Of a DNA stretch of 43,024 bases, positions 24,128 to 35,373 are shown piece by piece (the first letter of the stretch is position 1; every line of letters starts with the position of its first letter). Made by a program: the position numbers and the translations under genes. Origin of the DNA: Polymyxa betae A26-41 (lineage: Eukaryota > Protista > Endomyxa: Phytomyxea). The stretch spans positions 1-43,024 of the forward strand of contig RBZT01000414.1 of assembly GCA_003693705.1 (NCBI GenBank). The letters run 5' to 3'. Below the pieces are notes generated by a model. The model did not search any database and was not told the DNA's origin. It saw nothing but the letters and a program-made list of their open reading frames with translations.

Positions 24128-25652
24128 ATGTTCGGAATGGTATCTATAATGATTTGGTTTTATACAACATGGCCTGAAGCGAGTCCAGGCTCATGTCGAT
24201 AGACTTCCAAAATATGTCAAAATAGTGGAAGTCGGTCCACGTGATGGTCTGCAAAACGAGCCGGGGCATATTATTCCCACAGCCGTGAAGGTCAAGCTCG
24301 TTAACTTCCTCAGCAATGCTGGCCTTCAGTCCATAGAAACTGCTGCTTTCGTTTCGCCTAAATGGGTCCCACAGGTTGGTCGATATCTTCACTTATTTGC
24401 TGCTTTTGCTTCTTTCCGTATTCTGTTTGTCTGCCGTTAATCGCCGGCCTGCTTTGTTGAATATTTCAGATCAGTTGGGTTTAAACAGAAATTTAGATGG
24501 CAGATGGCGCCGAGGTAATGAAGAATATTCGTCGTGCCGATGGAGTGCAATATCCCGTCTTGGTACCAAATATTGAAGGGTATCGAAGAGCAAAACTCGC
24601 TGGTGCCGAACAGGTTATTATATAGTTGGTTTCTTTTACAAGTTTTTATCCCTCTTAAAGTTTTCGCCTGAAAGGTCGCTGTCTTTGCGTCGGCTTCGGA
24701 AGCTTTCAGCCAGAAGAACATCAACTGCTCTATAGAGGAAAGCTTTCAAAGATTTCAGCCCATCATTACGGAAGCATTGGCTACCGGTATTTCGGTTCGT
24801 GGGTAAGAATGATGGCGGTTTTTCTTGTTTCGTTTTTGATTTCATTCTCTGCCTTTAGCGTCTTAATATTCGCTTAAAACATTTTCTGTCTACAACTGCT
24901 CTCCAGCGTTTGCTCAAAATGCTTTCTCTTCACAATTGCTGTGATACTCATCCGCTTTACTGGCCCATATATTCAGTTTTTTCAAAATCGTTATCTAGAT
25001 ATGTGTCGTGTATCGCTGGTTGTCCATATAGCGGCCATACCAATCCAAATACAGTTGCGACAATAACATCCCGTCTTGTTGACATGGGATGCTGTGAAGT
25101 TTCCCTTGGCGATACCATTGGCGTTGGTACGCCTGGCATTATTCTAGACGTCCTTAATGCTGTCACCGCGCGTGTTCCTATTGAAAAAATTGCAGTACAT
25201 TTCCATGATACAGTATTTGTTAAAAGCATCAATGTCTGTCGCCTTTCTAATGGTTGCAGTATGGACAAGCGTTGGCGAATATTCTCTGTGCGCTTTCAGC
25301 TGGCGTTTCAATTGTAGATAGTTCTGTGGCGGGATTAGGAGGATGCCCTTATGCAGCGTAATCTTTCCTTGTATTGGTTCTATTCTATTGATTTATGTTG
25401 CTTTTAGAGGAGCGAGTGGTAATGTCGCTACAGGTATCATAAATTTTTTTGAGAGAATTTCGCGATTATGTAAAATTTGCTGAACATTTAACAGAAGACG
25501 TTCTATTCATGCTTAATGGAATGAACATTGAGACTGGAGTTTCTATGGATAAGCTACTGGAGGCCACCGAATATATCAGCAAAGAGTTGGGCAGGCCTCC
25601 TGCCAGCCGAGCGGCTCGAGCCCTTTTATCGAAACGATCGCCTGCGAAATGA
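24128..25652 (+). CDS. HMGCL: Hydroxymethylglutaryl-CoA lyase, multi-exon
   Basis: Contains [24 protein letters not shown]|[44 protein letters not shown]|[22 protein letters not shown]|GASGNVAT and [16 protein letters not shown]. The first exon/start is tentative. Confidence 0.95.
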
Positions 25653-25750
25653 ACCACCGCATTCATTGTAATTTGACTAAAGCCATATTTATCTTCCCTT
25701 CCCTATTCGCATTTTGGATTTAGCTTCCCAGTTTTACTTTTTATGGGCGT

Positions 25751-26495
25751 TTATTCTGTCTTGATTGTATCCAGATCTAATTTGAATCGAACGAACTCTT
25801 GCCTTAGGTTGTCGATTTGCGTTCTACTTGCCACTCGCCATTTCTGATACTGTTCCAGTTTCTTCCTATTTACTTGTTAGTAACCTGTTCCTTTCTCTTT
25901 CAGTATGTTCTTACCTGGCAGCATCCAACTGTATCTGCAGCTGTTTCACTTTGTTTTCTAATGTCTCGCTCTCCCTACGATGTCGCTGTTCAACTTCGAC
26001 TAAGCTCCTCTCAAACTCTTGCTGCTTTGCGGAATGCAGGTGGCTCGCTGTTACTAACGTCTCCATCGCTCGATTCTGGGAAAACTTGACTTTAAAATAC
26101 TTAACTGAATTCGGATTGTTTTCAAACCAAGTTGTGTTCAAGGTGCTTTCGTTCTGTGAGCATCGTCTCGATTTCATTGATACTGAGATCTGCATTTCAA
26201 TCAGTTCTCCAATAATCGTCGTGCTCTTTGCCAGCTTACAAGCGCTGTTATCAATCTGGCAAGCGAATTCACCATCCACAATTGACATCGTTGGATCAAG
26301 CGATTGCAGCTGATACAGCCGAATTCGATTTGGATCAATTCGGAAACACCGAGCCGATGCCTCTGCAAGTTCGGCAGCCGTTCCTGGATTCCGATCAAAG
26401 TTGATATCAGCGTTCATCAAAAGCTTGATCTGGACTGGAGATGAATTGGCATCATTTGTCGTCATCTGAGCTTCACTGGCGATCGAACTTTCCAA
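25751..26495 (-). CDS. Uncharacterised coiled-coil protein (3' exons; 5' exons probably extend to ~26900)
   Basis: A 194-codon ORF with heptad-like E/Q/K/L-rich end. Splicing after LDAAR to KKLEQYQKWRVASRTQIDNLRQEFVRFKLDLDTIKTE* gives a consistent last exon. Confidence 0.6.
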
Positions 26496-26942
26496 GTACC
26501 GTTAAGGCGATCAAGAACTATCTCATCAATTTCAGTCATGTTTGAATGAAACTTTGTACTCGATAATGCCTTCCTCATGGTATTGGTAACCCCATATGCA
26601 AGCTGAACATGATTTCAAGCATGTGATCGCGAATTGCTTTTCGCAAAACTCAACCTGCAAATTTTCAACATTTTTCTCAAACCGTCCCGACCACAGGCAA
26701 AACCATTTGGAAAGCAGAAGATGTTTAGCGCTGCTTCTCTGTTGCAGCTTCTTGTTATCCAGCGTCTGAGATCCATAAATTGCAGGATCGCAAGTACTAA
26801 AACATTTTCAGTTATTCGGAATTAGGCAGTCCGAAGCCAAGTCATCCGGCTCTCTTCGTGCGTAACTGCCTGTTCAGACAGGTAGCGTAGTGGTTGAATC
26901 GCGTCTCTCTCCTCATTTCATATCGGGCTGTAGTCCCTAAAC

Positions 26943-27950
26943 ATGGCCTGGACGACGGCGTTCAATGAACAATTAGTCAATCAACGGATTCCGGCGCTGA
27001 GCCAACCGCGACGCCGTATCTTCAAGGGACATAGTCGGCGACTACCAGGCGACGCCTTCATCAACGTGGACCCGCGTGTTATCGTTTTCACCTTGCACAT
27101 CGAGCGCGACACTCCTCCAGCCCCAGTTCCCCCTACTTCTTCATGGTTAGCTATTTGAAAAACACATTTCGTGTTTTTAGTTGCTGTTTTCAATTATTAT
27201 GTATTGATCGTTTGAATTTTGTCTTTTCCTTTTAATTCAGATGATGACGCTAAATTTTGGCAGATATTTAGGGTCCCGAGAGGAGCTAATTGAGCGGCGA
27301 CGGCAAAGACCACATCGACATGCTGCTGTACCTATGCAAGAAATTTCGGTTTATTCATATTGATTATTTCGCATACCTAAAATATCTCTTACCACTGTTC
27401 TAGTCACCGACAGTAATGGCTTTTTCAATGCTGTCTTCAGTTGTTCTCCGAATGATGTCACAAACAGCAGAGCTGATGCGGGGTTCTCGTTAGCTTCAAT
27501 CACAGCTGTGTATGATGCCCTATTCAATCCTGTCAGTCCATGGAGGGTAGAAGCTGTTTAAATTTGTCCAATGTTGTTTCGTTTTCCAGTTCGTGATTCA
27601 AAAGGCAAAGATTTTATCAAGCACATTTGGAAGAGTCATTACCCAAAACGTTGCTTCCAAACGATTAACTTTTCGGTGGAAAATAGGGTTGGTTCTTCGT
27701 AGGGAATGACCCCATAAGCATTGTAATCTTTACAAGTTAGATTTCTGGGCAAGATTGCTTCCTGATTAGTTTCAGTGCATTGTAATTGGAAATCAAGTTT
27801 AGCTCGAGCTGCAATTCGGTTCAATCTATGTAAGCGCTGTATGTCATTGCCTTCAGCTGTATAGCACGATGCGATCCAGACGTCCACTTCGCCTATCAAG
27901 TTGTGGATCAACCAAGCATACATCGCATCGACGAAATTCTGATGATCTGA
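26943..27950 (+). CDS. Probable uncharacterised multi-exon gene (model unresolved)
   Basis: Alternating open segments and short GT..AG AT-rich segments. Pieces include AFFNAVFSCS..ITAVYDALFNP, KGKDFIKHIWKSHYP and VHFAYQVVDQPSIHRIDEILMI*. Confidence 0.3.
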
Positions 27951-28210
27951 TCGAACTGTCGTCACACGCAACTTCTTTTTGTACTTTCTGACTGTTGTCA
28001 GATTGAAAATCAATCGATTTGTTGTTAGATGCACGTTTGCTGTAATTGCTGATTGATCCTAGATTCTACTTATTTTCAAAAACGCAGGTGGAGGATATCT
28101 AATAGTGCTGTTTTGAATGAAGACTATTAAAATAATAATTGCATCGGCAATGGCCAAACAGTTCATTGAATAACTCGAAACATTTGGGTAATCGAAAGAA
28201 TTCTGAAGCT

Positions 28211-28593
28211 TCAGATCTCGCCTGATTCAGCCTTCTTATGGCACTCCAAATCCAGTAAAGAGCACTTGTCACCGTTCTTCCATGGGAACGCCTTCTTGAC
28301 TATGTTCAGATATCTGTTCGCATAATTAGGCAGTTAAATAAAGCTGTTCGCTCCTGCATACGGGAGATTTGGCTTCTCTTGATGATGGCCACTGGCATGA
28401 TGTTCCATTTCAATTTTAGCATTATATGCCCCGAATGCTAATACAGCCGGCATACCGACAAACATAGTCAAACGCTTGTACAAAGCTGTTCCACCTAAAC
28501 CAAATTTTAGACATTGCGATCAGGCAATCGCAGTATGGTACTGTCAAGCTTTGCTGTGCTGAACAGCAACCGACCCAACTCGCCCAGAGCCAT
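28211..28593 (-). CDS. COX6A: Cytochrome c oxidase subunit 6A. Exons 28593-28542, 28494-28362, 28313-28211 (absent from ORF track)
   Basis: Spliced protein MALGELGRLLFSTAKLDSGTALYKRLTMFVGMPAVLAFGAYNAKIEMEHHASGHHQEKPNLPYLNIVKKAFPWKNGDKCSLLDLECHKKAESGEI has a single TM, a His-rich linker and the PYL.I..K.FPW COX6A motif. GT-AG introns are 47 and 48 nt. Confidence 0.85.
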
Positions 28594-29057
28594 TGTAGAG
28601 AGCAAGAATGGAAAACGAAGTTCAGAATTGTAAGATCTAGAGCAGCCTTCTGGACGACTCTGAATATGTTACAGCTGAGGGTTGTGGACTTGGTTGCGGT
28701 CGGCGCACCACTTCATGTAAACATTAAATCAAATGGTTTTTCTGATGAACGACGTCGCAGGAGAGACCTCTATTCTTGCCCCTTGTCGTAGCGACACTGG
28801 AAGTTTCAGTGTTAATCGAGTTTCAATGGGTCTCTGGACAATAGGTTTCTTGGCGGAAACGTGATCGCAACGATAGCGAGCTATTGTAATCAGGCGGAGC
28901 CTGCTCGATAACTGTACAAAGAAACGTTCGGTTTTGAAGATAGCTCTCCAGAAACCAATCTCTGCGATTTGAGTTTCTAGAAGATTTCAGCTTTGGCGTA
29001 CTTGAAGATCGTTCTTGTTGCACATGGTCGAAGGTGGCTGTATTTTTGCTCGAATAG

Positions 29058-32040
29058 ATGAAACATTATGGGCTTGAAATATACTCGAAGAGAAAGCAAC
29101 ATCGGCCCCACCTGCGATCTGTTCGGTTTCATGACCCGAGTGATGTCGCCCAGACAACTCAAACGATGGCTATCGAAATACCGCAAGATATTAGCATGTT
29201 TAGCATCGCCAAGATTCTATTGCGTTTTTTGGCTAAACATGGGGCTGCTCGAACCCCCTTTATATTTCAACAAATAGCTACGAAGGAATCTGTAAAAAAG
29301 CTGGCCTCTGCTATTATTTCGGAGCGAGGTCTGAATTACGATATTCGCTGTTTCGAAATCGAGCTCAATCTTTTCTCATTAGATCTGGATCTATCAACTT
29401 ATCCAATAGAAACTATTGCAACAACGCTGAAAAGAATTCTTCGTGCTCTTCCAGTTCCCATTATCCATTGCCAGGAGCAGCTTTTCGCGATCCTACGTAA
29501 CCACTCGTCTGTTGCTATGATTTATCTAATTTCTGCCAAGGGGACGGATCAGAAACTGATGAGGCAATCCCCTTAATTCGAACGCTTTTGAAGAACGAAT
29601 TGCACCCGGAGAGTTTCACTTTCTTGTAATAACTGTTTTGCTTTTTACAATCTTGGGCTTGTTCCTGGCTTGTTTCTATCGAGAAATTCCAGAATGTTTC
29701 TAAATTTCGTACAGGACTGACCTAATCAAGCTGCTGGCTGAAATTGCGGCCTGTCAGCAGCAGACACAAATGTCAGCCAATTCTCTGGCGTATCTGTTCG
29801 GACCAACACTGATGCGCGTCAAAACCGATTCTACCTTAGCGCTGCTCCATGATCCCAAAGCTATCAATCGGGCAGTTCAGTTTTTTATTGAACATTCCGA
29901 AGCTCTTTTCTCTGTATCCAAAAGAACCAAGCTTGACTCGGAAGCTCCGGAATCGAAGCCGATTTCAAAAACTCGGCTTTTCCACAAAAAGATAAAAATG
30001 GTTCTGCGAAGGCCGTTCGAAAAACCCCTGGATCTAAACCGAAATATTGAGCAAGGCGTTTCTAACTTTGCAGAGAGAAAAGCGCTCCTGGTGACGCCTC
30101 AAGACGTTAGAAATGATCTCTTAGCTTGCATTGAATTAACCGACGACGAACGGGAACTGTTTCGCGAGCCGCCTTCCTTCAGTCCTCCATCCGAACCTGA
30201 AAAAGAGAGCTCTGGCGCGGTTACTGTCCACTTTCTCACTCCCAGAAGACACCTTGCTAATGTTTATGGTATTGCTAGTTCTATGTAATCTCTAATAATT
30301 GAGCATGCTGTTTCAGATCTAGACCTGAACACAGAATCCGGAAGGTATCGAATGCAATTAGACGCTGCAAAAGTGGAGCATACTTTCGTCGAGAACGCGC
30401 GAAGGAGGGAGCTGGAATTTCTTCATGAAGAGCGTCGTGCACAAGAAGCTTTTACCCTACGCCGGACTTATAGTGGAAATAAGGAAACGGATCTCCCAGC
30501 ACCAGCATCTTCTACTAATCCGTCTATAGCTCAGCCCGAAACCGAGCAAGTGTGCTGCGAAAGTGATGCGGACACGAGCTCGACAAGAACTTCGATCTCA
30601 TCGAACTCATCTCTCAGCACCAACAAAGCAGCCCCGCCAGTAATTGAAATGCAATCGAGCTGGTGGAAGGACGTACAGCAATTACGAGATGCAGCCGCTT
30701 CCGCTTATGCTGCGACTCCTACTAGTGATATCCCGCTGGACTTTGAACAACCACCTGCAGAACCGGCTCCGATTTCACCTCATTTCGACGGCGACCATGA
30801 CACATCGTCTATCGAGAGTCTCAGCGAAGAATCAACTCATGATGTTGATGAATTAGAAGAGCCTAAAGCCCAGCTCGATTCAGATACGGATTCATTGAGC
30901 GCTAGTTCTATTGCAACAAGCGAATCGGAACGTCTTTTGGAGCAGGGACAGCACCCCATGGTTGCTGTTGCTCAAACGGCCCCAGTTGTTGTTAACAAAA
31001 TCAGGCGCGTCGAGCCATCCAATCAGATTGCCAAAAGAATGCAGCTGTTTGAACAGCGAGATCAGGATGAGGACCCCGTGTCGTCCCACGTGTCTCTGAA
31101 ATCGATTCGTGCACCGGGAGGCATAATCGATCGTCGTGCTCCAGTGACGAAATTCAAACAAATCTTCGAGAAACAAGCGGCCAATGTTGATATTGACAAT
31201 GATGTCAGAATCATTGAAAGCTCACCTAGAGTCGAGTTATCGAGTGCAACCGCGGTTGTGCGGAAAGACCAATGGCATGCAGAGGCCGCTCGAGAGATTC
31301 CAAATACGACTACCTCCAGGCCGGAAAGAGGCTATGTGCAGAGAATTAAGAACCGTCTTCTATCTGAGCCAACCATTGTCTCGCCTCAGCCGTTATCGCC
31401 ATCATCCAGAAGTTCTTCAGTTAGCAACTCGTGGAAAGATGGCAGCAGCCCAAATACTTCCCCGAAAGCTGCCTCGGCTCAGAGAGTTTCCCAGCCAGCT
31501 ATCATAAGAAAGCTCTCTATGACACGTGTTCAGAATTTAAATAGAAAACTAGCTGGGCGCCCTCAAAGTATGGATTTGTCATCACAAAGGAGCTCGCTGT
31601 TGGAACCAGCTCTGGACAGGGCGTCGTTTTCCGAAACCAGCTCGTTGAAACTTTTTGTTAAAGGCGGTCAACAGAGCTCCATACCTGAAAATGTCACGAC
31701 TTTGCCTTCTGGGTTCTACCGGATTCAAAACGCGAGAAGGCGAAATATACGTGGGGGTCGCTCACAATTCAGTGGTTCTGACGATAGCGACGAGGAAGAG
31801 GACCTGCAAACAAGCACAATGCATCGATCGCGTCCGAGTCTTTCCGCTACTGCTTTCTTGCGTCGTCTGTCGACAGCGTCATCATTCGCAGATGAGAGCG
31901 TCTCCTCATCTCGAACGGCATCTGTGCAAGTCTTCGATCCAACGTCACGAAATGGATCGCAAACCTTCATTCCTCCTGTAATGAGGGTTTCGATATCGGA
32001 TGTGACAAACGACGCTCCACTTCGGAGTTCGATCATTTGA
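29058..32040 (+). CDS. RhoGAP-domain protein with long Ser-rich disordered tail, multi-exon (5' end probably further upstream)
   Basis: IETIATTLKRILRALPVPII and QMSANSLAYLFGPTLMR are RhoGAP blocks. The >560-codon terminal exon is low-complexity. Confidence 0.8.
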
Positions 32041-32279
32041 CAGCATGCATCATTGCTGTTATATCAATCCGACGTGTTTCATTAGTTCATAGCATGATAA
32101 CAGCGCAAGAAAGATGCATTCTAGCTATGATGACACGTTTATAATAAACATTGTGATGACACGACTCCAGTCTAGTGTCTTCGTATCAAACAATCCTACA
32201 GCGCTTCATCCATTTGACCTCCATAGGCGCGGACTGTTGAGCGTTTGATAGGCTTTAATAGCAACATATTTTAATCTTC

Positions 32280-32934
32280 TTAAGCCATAACTGCCAGCAA
32301 CATTAATGCCATTGTGGCCGCTGAGACAGAAACCGTCAATGCCGAGCTTCGCTGTGACTTGGGAGTGCTTTCAGGGGCTGAGGTCGACGAATTGTCCATG
32401 TTCTCCATGGCCATGTTGTCCATTTCTGGCAAGCTACTAACGGAGGCAGCCGGTGCGTCATTCCATCCCGCGATCCCACAGTAAAATGAGGCGACGAAGG
32501 TGAACGGGCTCTCATCAGGCAGGCATTCTCGTCCTTGCTTGTCGACAGGGTAGCCTAAGATCTCTTTGGTGACAGTAACAGGGCATTTGTTGGATTGGAG
32601 ACAGTAGCGCTCCATGAATTCGGTGATATCCAGAGTGCATTTCGAGTGACGTTTAATTGCAGGGCATCCTCCTGGGTTTTGACCCCAAGCGGCCGCCTTC
32701 ATCTTCTTTAGAATGGTCCCGGCTGGGCATTCCAACGTGATCTTCTTATCACCCGGATTCGTCTCAGCGCAGACTCCAACAAGCTTCTCGTCGGACGTCG
32801 CCGTCGTTGTTACATTTGAAAGTGCTGAAACTAGAGATAGTGCCGATATAGCAACTGCAAACAATTCAGGAATCGCGAATATAGACTTGATGAAGCTTAC
32901 CAATGATGGTGACAGTTTTGCTGAATAGAGCCAT
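32280..32934 (-). CDS. Secreted, probably GPI-anchored protein with SUEL-type (galactose/rhamnose-binding) lectin domain. Exons 32934-32901, 32854-32280
   Basis: A 46-nt intron gives signal peptide MALFSKTVTIIVAISALSLVSA. Eight-Cys pattern C..ITLECPAG....AAWG...GGC...C...C...C...LG...C...YC, a Ser/Thr-rich stalk, and C-terminal SSA plus a hydrophobic tail. Confidence 0.78.
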
Positions 32935-34580
32935 GACGTGAAAGTTAAACGTTCGTGTATAGACTTTGCAAATAATAGGTTCGAAATAGGGTTAAATTCC
33001 AGAAGTGAGGATCATGGTCTATAGTGACTCCTTCCTCAGTGATGTAAAAGTCATGATCAAAGGGCGAGATGACTCAACTGATCATGTCGCTCGAGTCTAC
33101 TCCCATCGTCAATGAATTGCTGATTGCAAGCAGAAGGGTTCAATAAAGTGCCAGGCAGGAGGTAGCCCATAGACTTCCCATGTTGTTGGGTTCCTTTTGA
33201 TGTCAAAAGTTGCATTTGAAACATTACAGAATAAAGAGACCAGGCGGTCAAAGAAGAAAGAGAGATGTTCTAGAAAAGGATATTGATATTTGGATGATCC
33301 GATGACAGTTTAGTGAATTCACTTCAATCTCATACGCGAATTAGTTCAGTCTGAATGAATCAATCAGGACCACATTAATAGCTCAGATTTCACAAGAGAT
33401 TTTCACTGTCTCTCGGACGATCGCTGATAAAAAAACAATATCAGGCGGGCACATTATACGCCTTTACCTTTTTCTATCGAATTTAGGCTACAAGCCCTAT
33501 AACAGGGACGAATTCGTCAATCAGAAAAAAGTCGGACGTTTACGTGAATGCCTCTGGGCTCTACTCAGCTTCCTAACGAAGCGATCAAAATACTTTTGAA
33601 GAGAAAATATCTGCTAGACGGCTCTCATGAATGGGCGTTCAAAGGCGTCGAAGCTCATGCTACCGACAACGACGTGAACAAGGAGTTCGCAAACGCCAGC
33701 GAATCAGGAATTCAAGATGATGAGGTTGATACGGTTAAAGAAGTCAGTGAAGCCGCCATAGCGTTGATAAAAATGAAAAGTTCTCCAGGTAAACCGAAAT
33801 ATCAACTACTCTGAATCGACTAAATCTGTTCAGTCGGAGGGCATCGTAAGCGATGGAAGTTGTGCACGCCGCCCCCATTGATTGTTTTGCCACCGCGACA
33901 ATGTCAAACTCTTCTCCCGGAGCATGACAAGCAGATGGTTCAAATACGATGTGCGCCCAGGCCTCGTCGTTAACGAATACAACCCATATTCAAAACTGTC
34001 GTTCTCTCATTGCTCGCGTCGTCGGCAGAACTCGCCTTCGAACTTGCTTAACAGCTGTCTATTAGCTCCAGTGACTATGATAATGTATAAATCCATGACG
34101 AATCCAATCTGTCGACTTCGTTTTTGTTAGATACCATTCCATCGTCGTTTCTCGTCTCATTGCTGAGAGCCCAGAAACACCAGACCTTGAAACCATACCG
34201 ATCTGATTGTGAAACCATGTCAACCACCACCCTGACGTCGGGCTTTGTAAATTGAAGCTTTCAGGGATCATTTCAGCAATACTAAATCGCAAGGAGCTTT
34301 CGCAAGCACTGAAGCAGGACCTTTCGTCACTTTCCGAAGTGCAAACAGATTCGTTGCGTCAACCGCAGCAGACCTATCCGTTCAACAAGGAGAGCGACGT
34401 CATAAACATCGCGAAGAACTATTGTCATTGTGGGCAGAAAAATACTAGCTCTTCGCTTGCCAATAGAGACCCATTAAAAGGCTCTGACCGAAACAGTAGG
34501 CGATGTGCGATCCAAAAAGCTAGAGAAGGAAATGTCTCAGTTGTATCTACGACCCGATATTTCAGAACTGATAACGGTCT

Positions 34581-34886
34581 TTAAGCCAAGTTGGTGGCAG
34601 GTCCACTTGCAATAAGGCGCTCCCGAAGGCTGTCACGAGTCATACACAAATACAGGACCTTGATGTGAGTCCAAAGAGTATCGAAAAGAAGCCAACCCAA
34701 ACCGAAGCTGATAGCCCCGGTCGCAACGTAGACGCTGATATCATATTCCCTGCTGTTCGGATGATAATCAAAAATTTCCGGCACGAATAAGGTCAGGATG
34801 CCTCCGCCCAATGAGAGTATCGCGATGAAGAGCGATTTGAGAACATTGGTACTGAAGAACCAATCCAGTCCCGAAAACAGACCCAT
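34581..34886 (-). CDS. Small two-TM membrane protein (101 aa), partner A of head-to-head pair
   Basis: ATG-initiated intronless ORF with two ~20-aa hydrophobic helices. Aligns co-linearly with the 35074-35373 product. Confidence 0.7.
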   Translation of the reverse strand: MGLFSGLDWFFSTNVLKSLFIAILSLGGGILTLFVPEIFDYHPNSREYDISVYVATGAISFGLGWLLFDTLWTHIKVLYLCMTRDSLRERLIASGPATNLA

Positions 34887-34887
34887 C

Positions 34888-35060
34888 GCTGGATTTGCAA
34901 AGCTTTATGGCGACGGCGATAATCTTCAAATGGTGAAAAGACACGGCGACTTGATCTGCCCGATCGAAGATTATGAATTTGGAAAGAAGCGATCGAATAT
35001 GGCCGATCGTCTTTGCACCGTTGAAGATTATCGCCGCCGCCATAAAATTTACAAATCAGC
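34888..35060. promoter_or_regulatory. Imperfect ~55-bp inverted repeat, putative mirrored bidirectional promoter
   Basis: Arms at 34888-34942 and 35009-35060. Perfect 16-bp core CGGCGATAATCTTCAA (34914-34929) / TTGAAGATTATCGCCG (35021-35036). A third GAAGATTAT lies at 34966-34974. Each arm sits just upstream of one ATG. Confidence 0.7.
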
Positions 35061-35073
35061 TAAAAAAGAAGCA

Positions 35074-35373
35074 ATGGCACTCCGACGACAGCCGTTTCCA
35101 TCGATGAATCGCTTCTTCGGGGGCGACATCAAACGCTCGCTGACGTTGCTGGTGATGTTCTTCGCGACGTCGATCGCTTTGGCCATCACATCCCAGCAGT
35201 TCCCGAAGGGCTCGTTCCAACATGAGCTGTGTCTACAGACGGGCGGGATCTCTCTGCTCTGCGCCATGTTCGTGTCGGCGTTCGACTTCTTCTGGATGAT
35301 TGGCACCATTGTGACACTGTTTCTCACGACAAACATTCATGCGGACGTTGCTACACCGGCTGCACGACCTTAA
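35074..35373 (+). CDS. Small two-TM membrane protein (99 aa), partner B of head-to-head pair
   Basis: MALRRQPFPSMNRFFGGDIKRSL followed by two hydrophobic helices and FDFFW. ATG 35074 is preferred over 34798 because it gives the same length and upstream element as partner A. Confidence 0.7.
   Translation: MALRRQPFPSMNRFFGGDIKRSLTLLVMFFATSIALAITSQQFPKGSFQHELCLQTGGISLLCAMFVSAFDFFWMIGTIVTLFLTTNIHADVATPAARP

Noticed and set aside
24128-24230. HMG-CoA lyase apparently lacking a mitochondrial presequence
   Set aside because: The first exon is not reliably defined, so absence of a targeting peptide cannot be claimed.
27639-28034. 131-aa minus-strand ORF
   Set aside because: It has a non-ATG start and no motifs, and splice-like signals favour the plus strand here.
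34798-35073. 92-codon N-terminal extension of the plus-strand ORF, with apparent peptide repeats LICPIEDY/LCTVEDY
   Set aside because: It overlaps the opposite gene. The peptide repeats are simply translations of the repeated DNA element GAAGATTAT, which also occurs inverted. ATG 35074 gives a product matching the partner's length.
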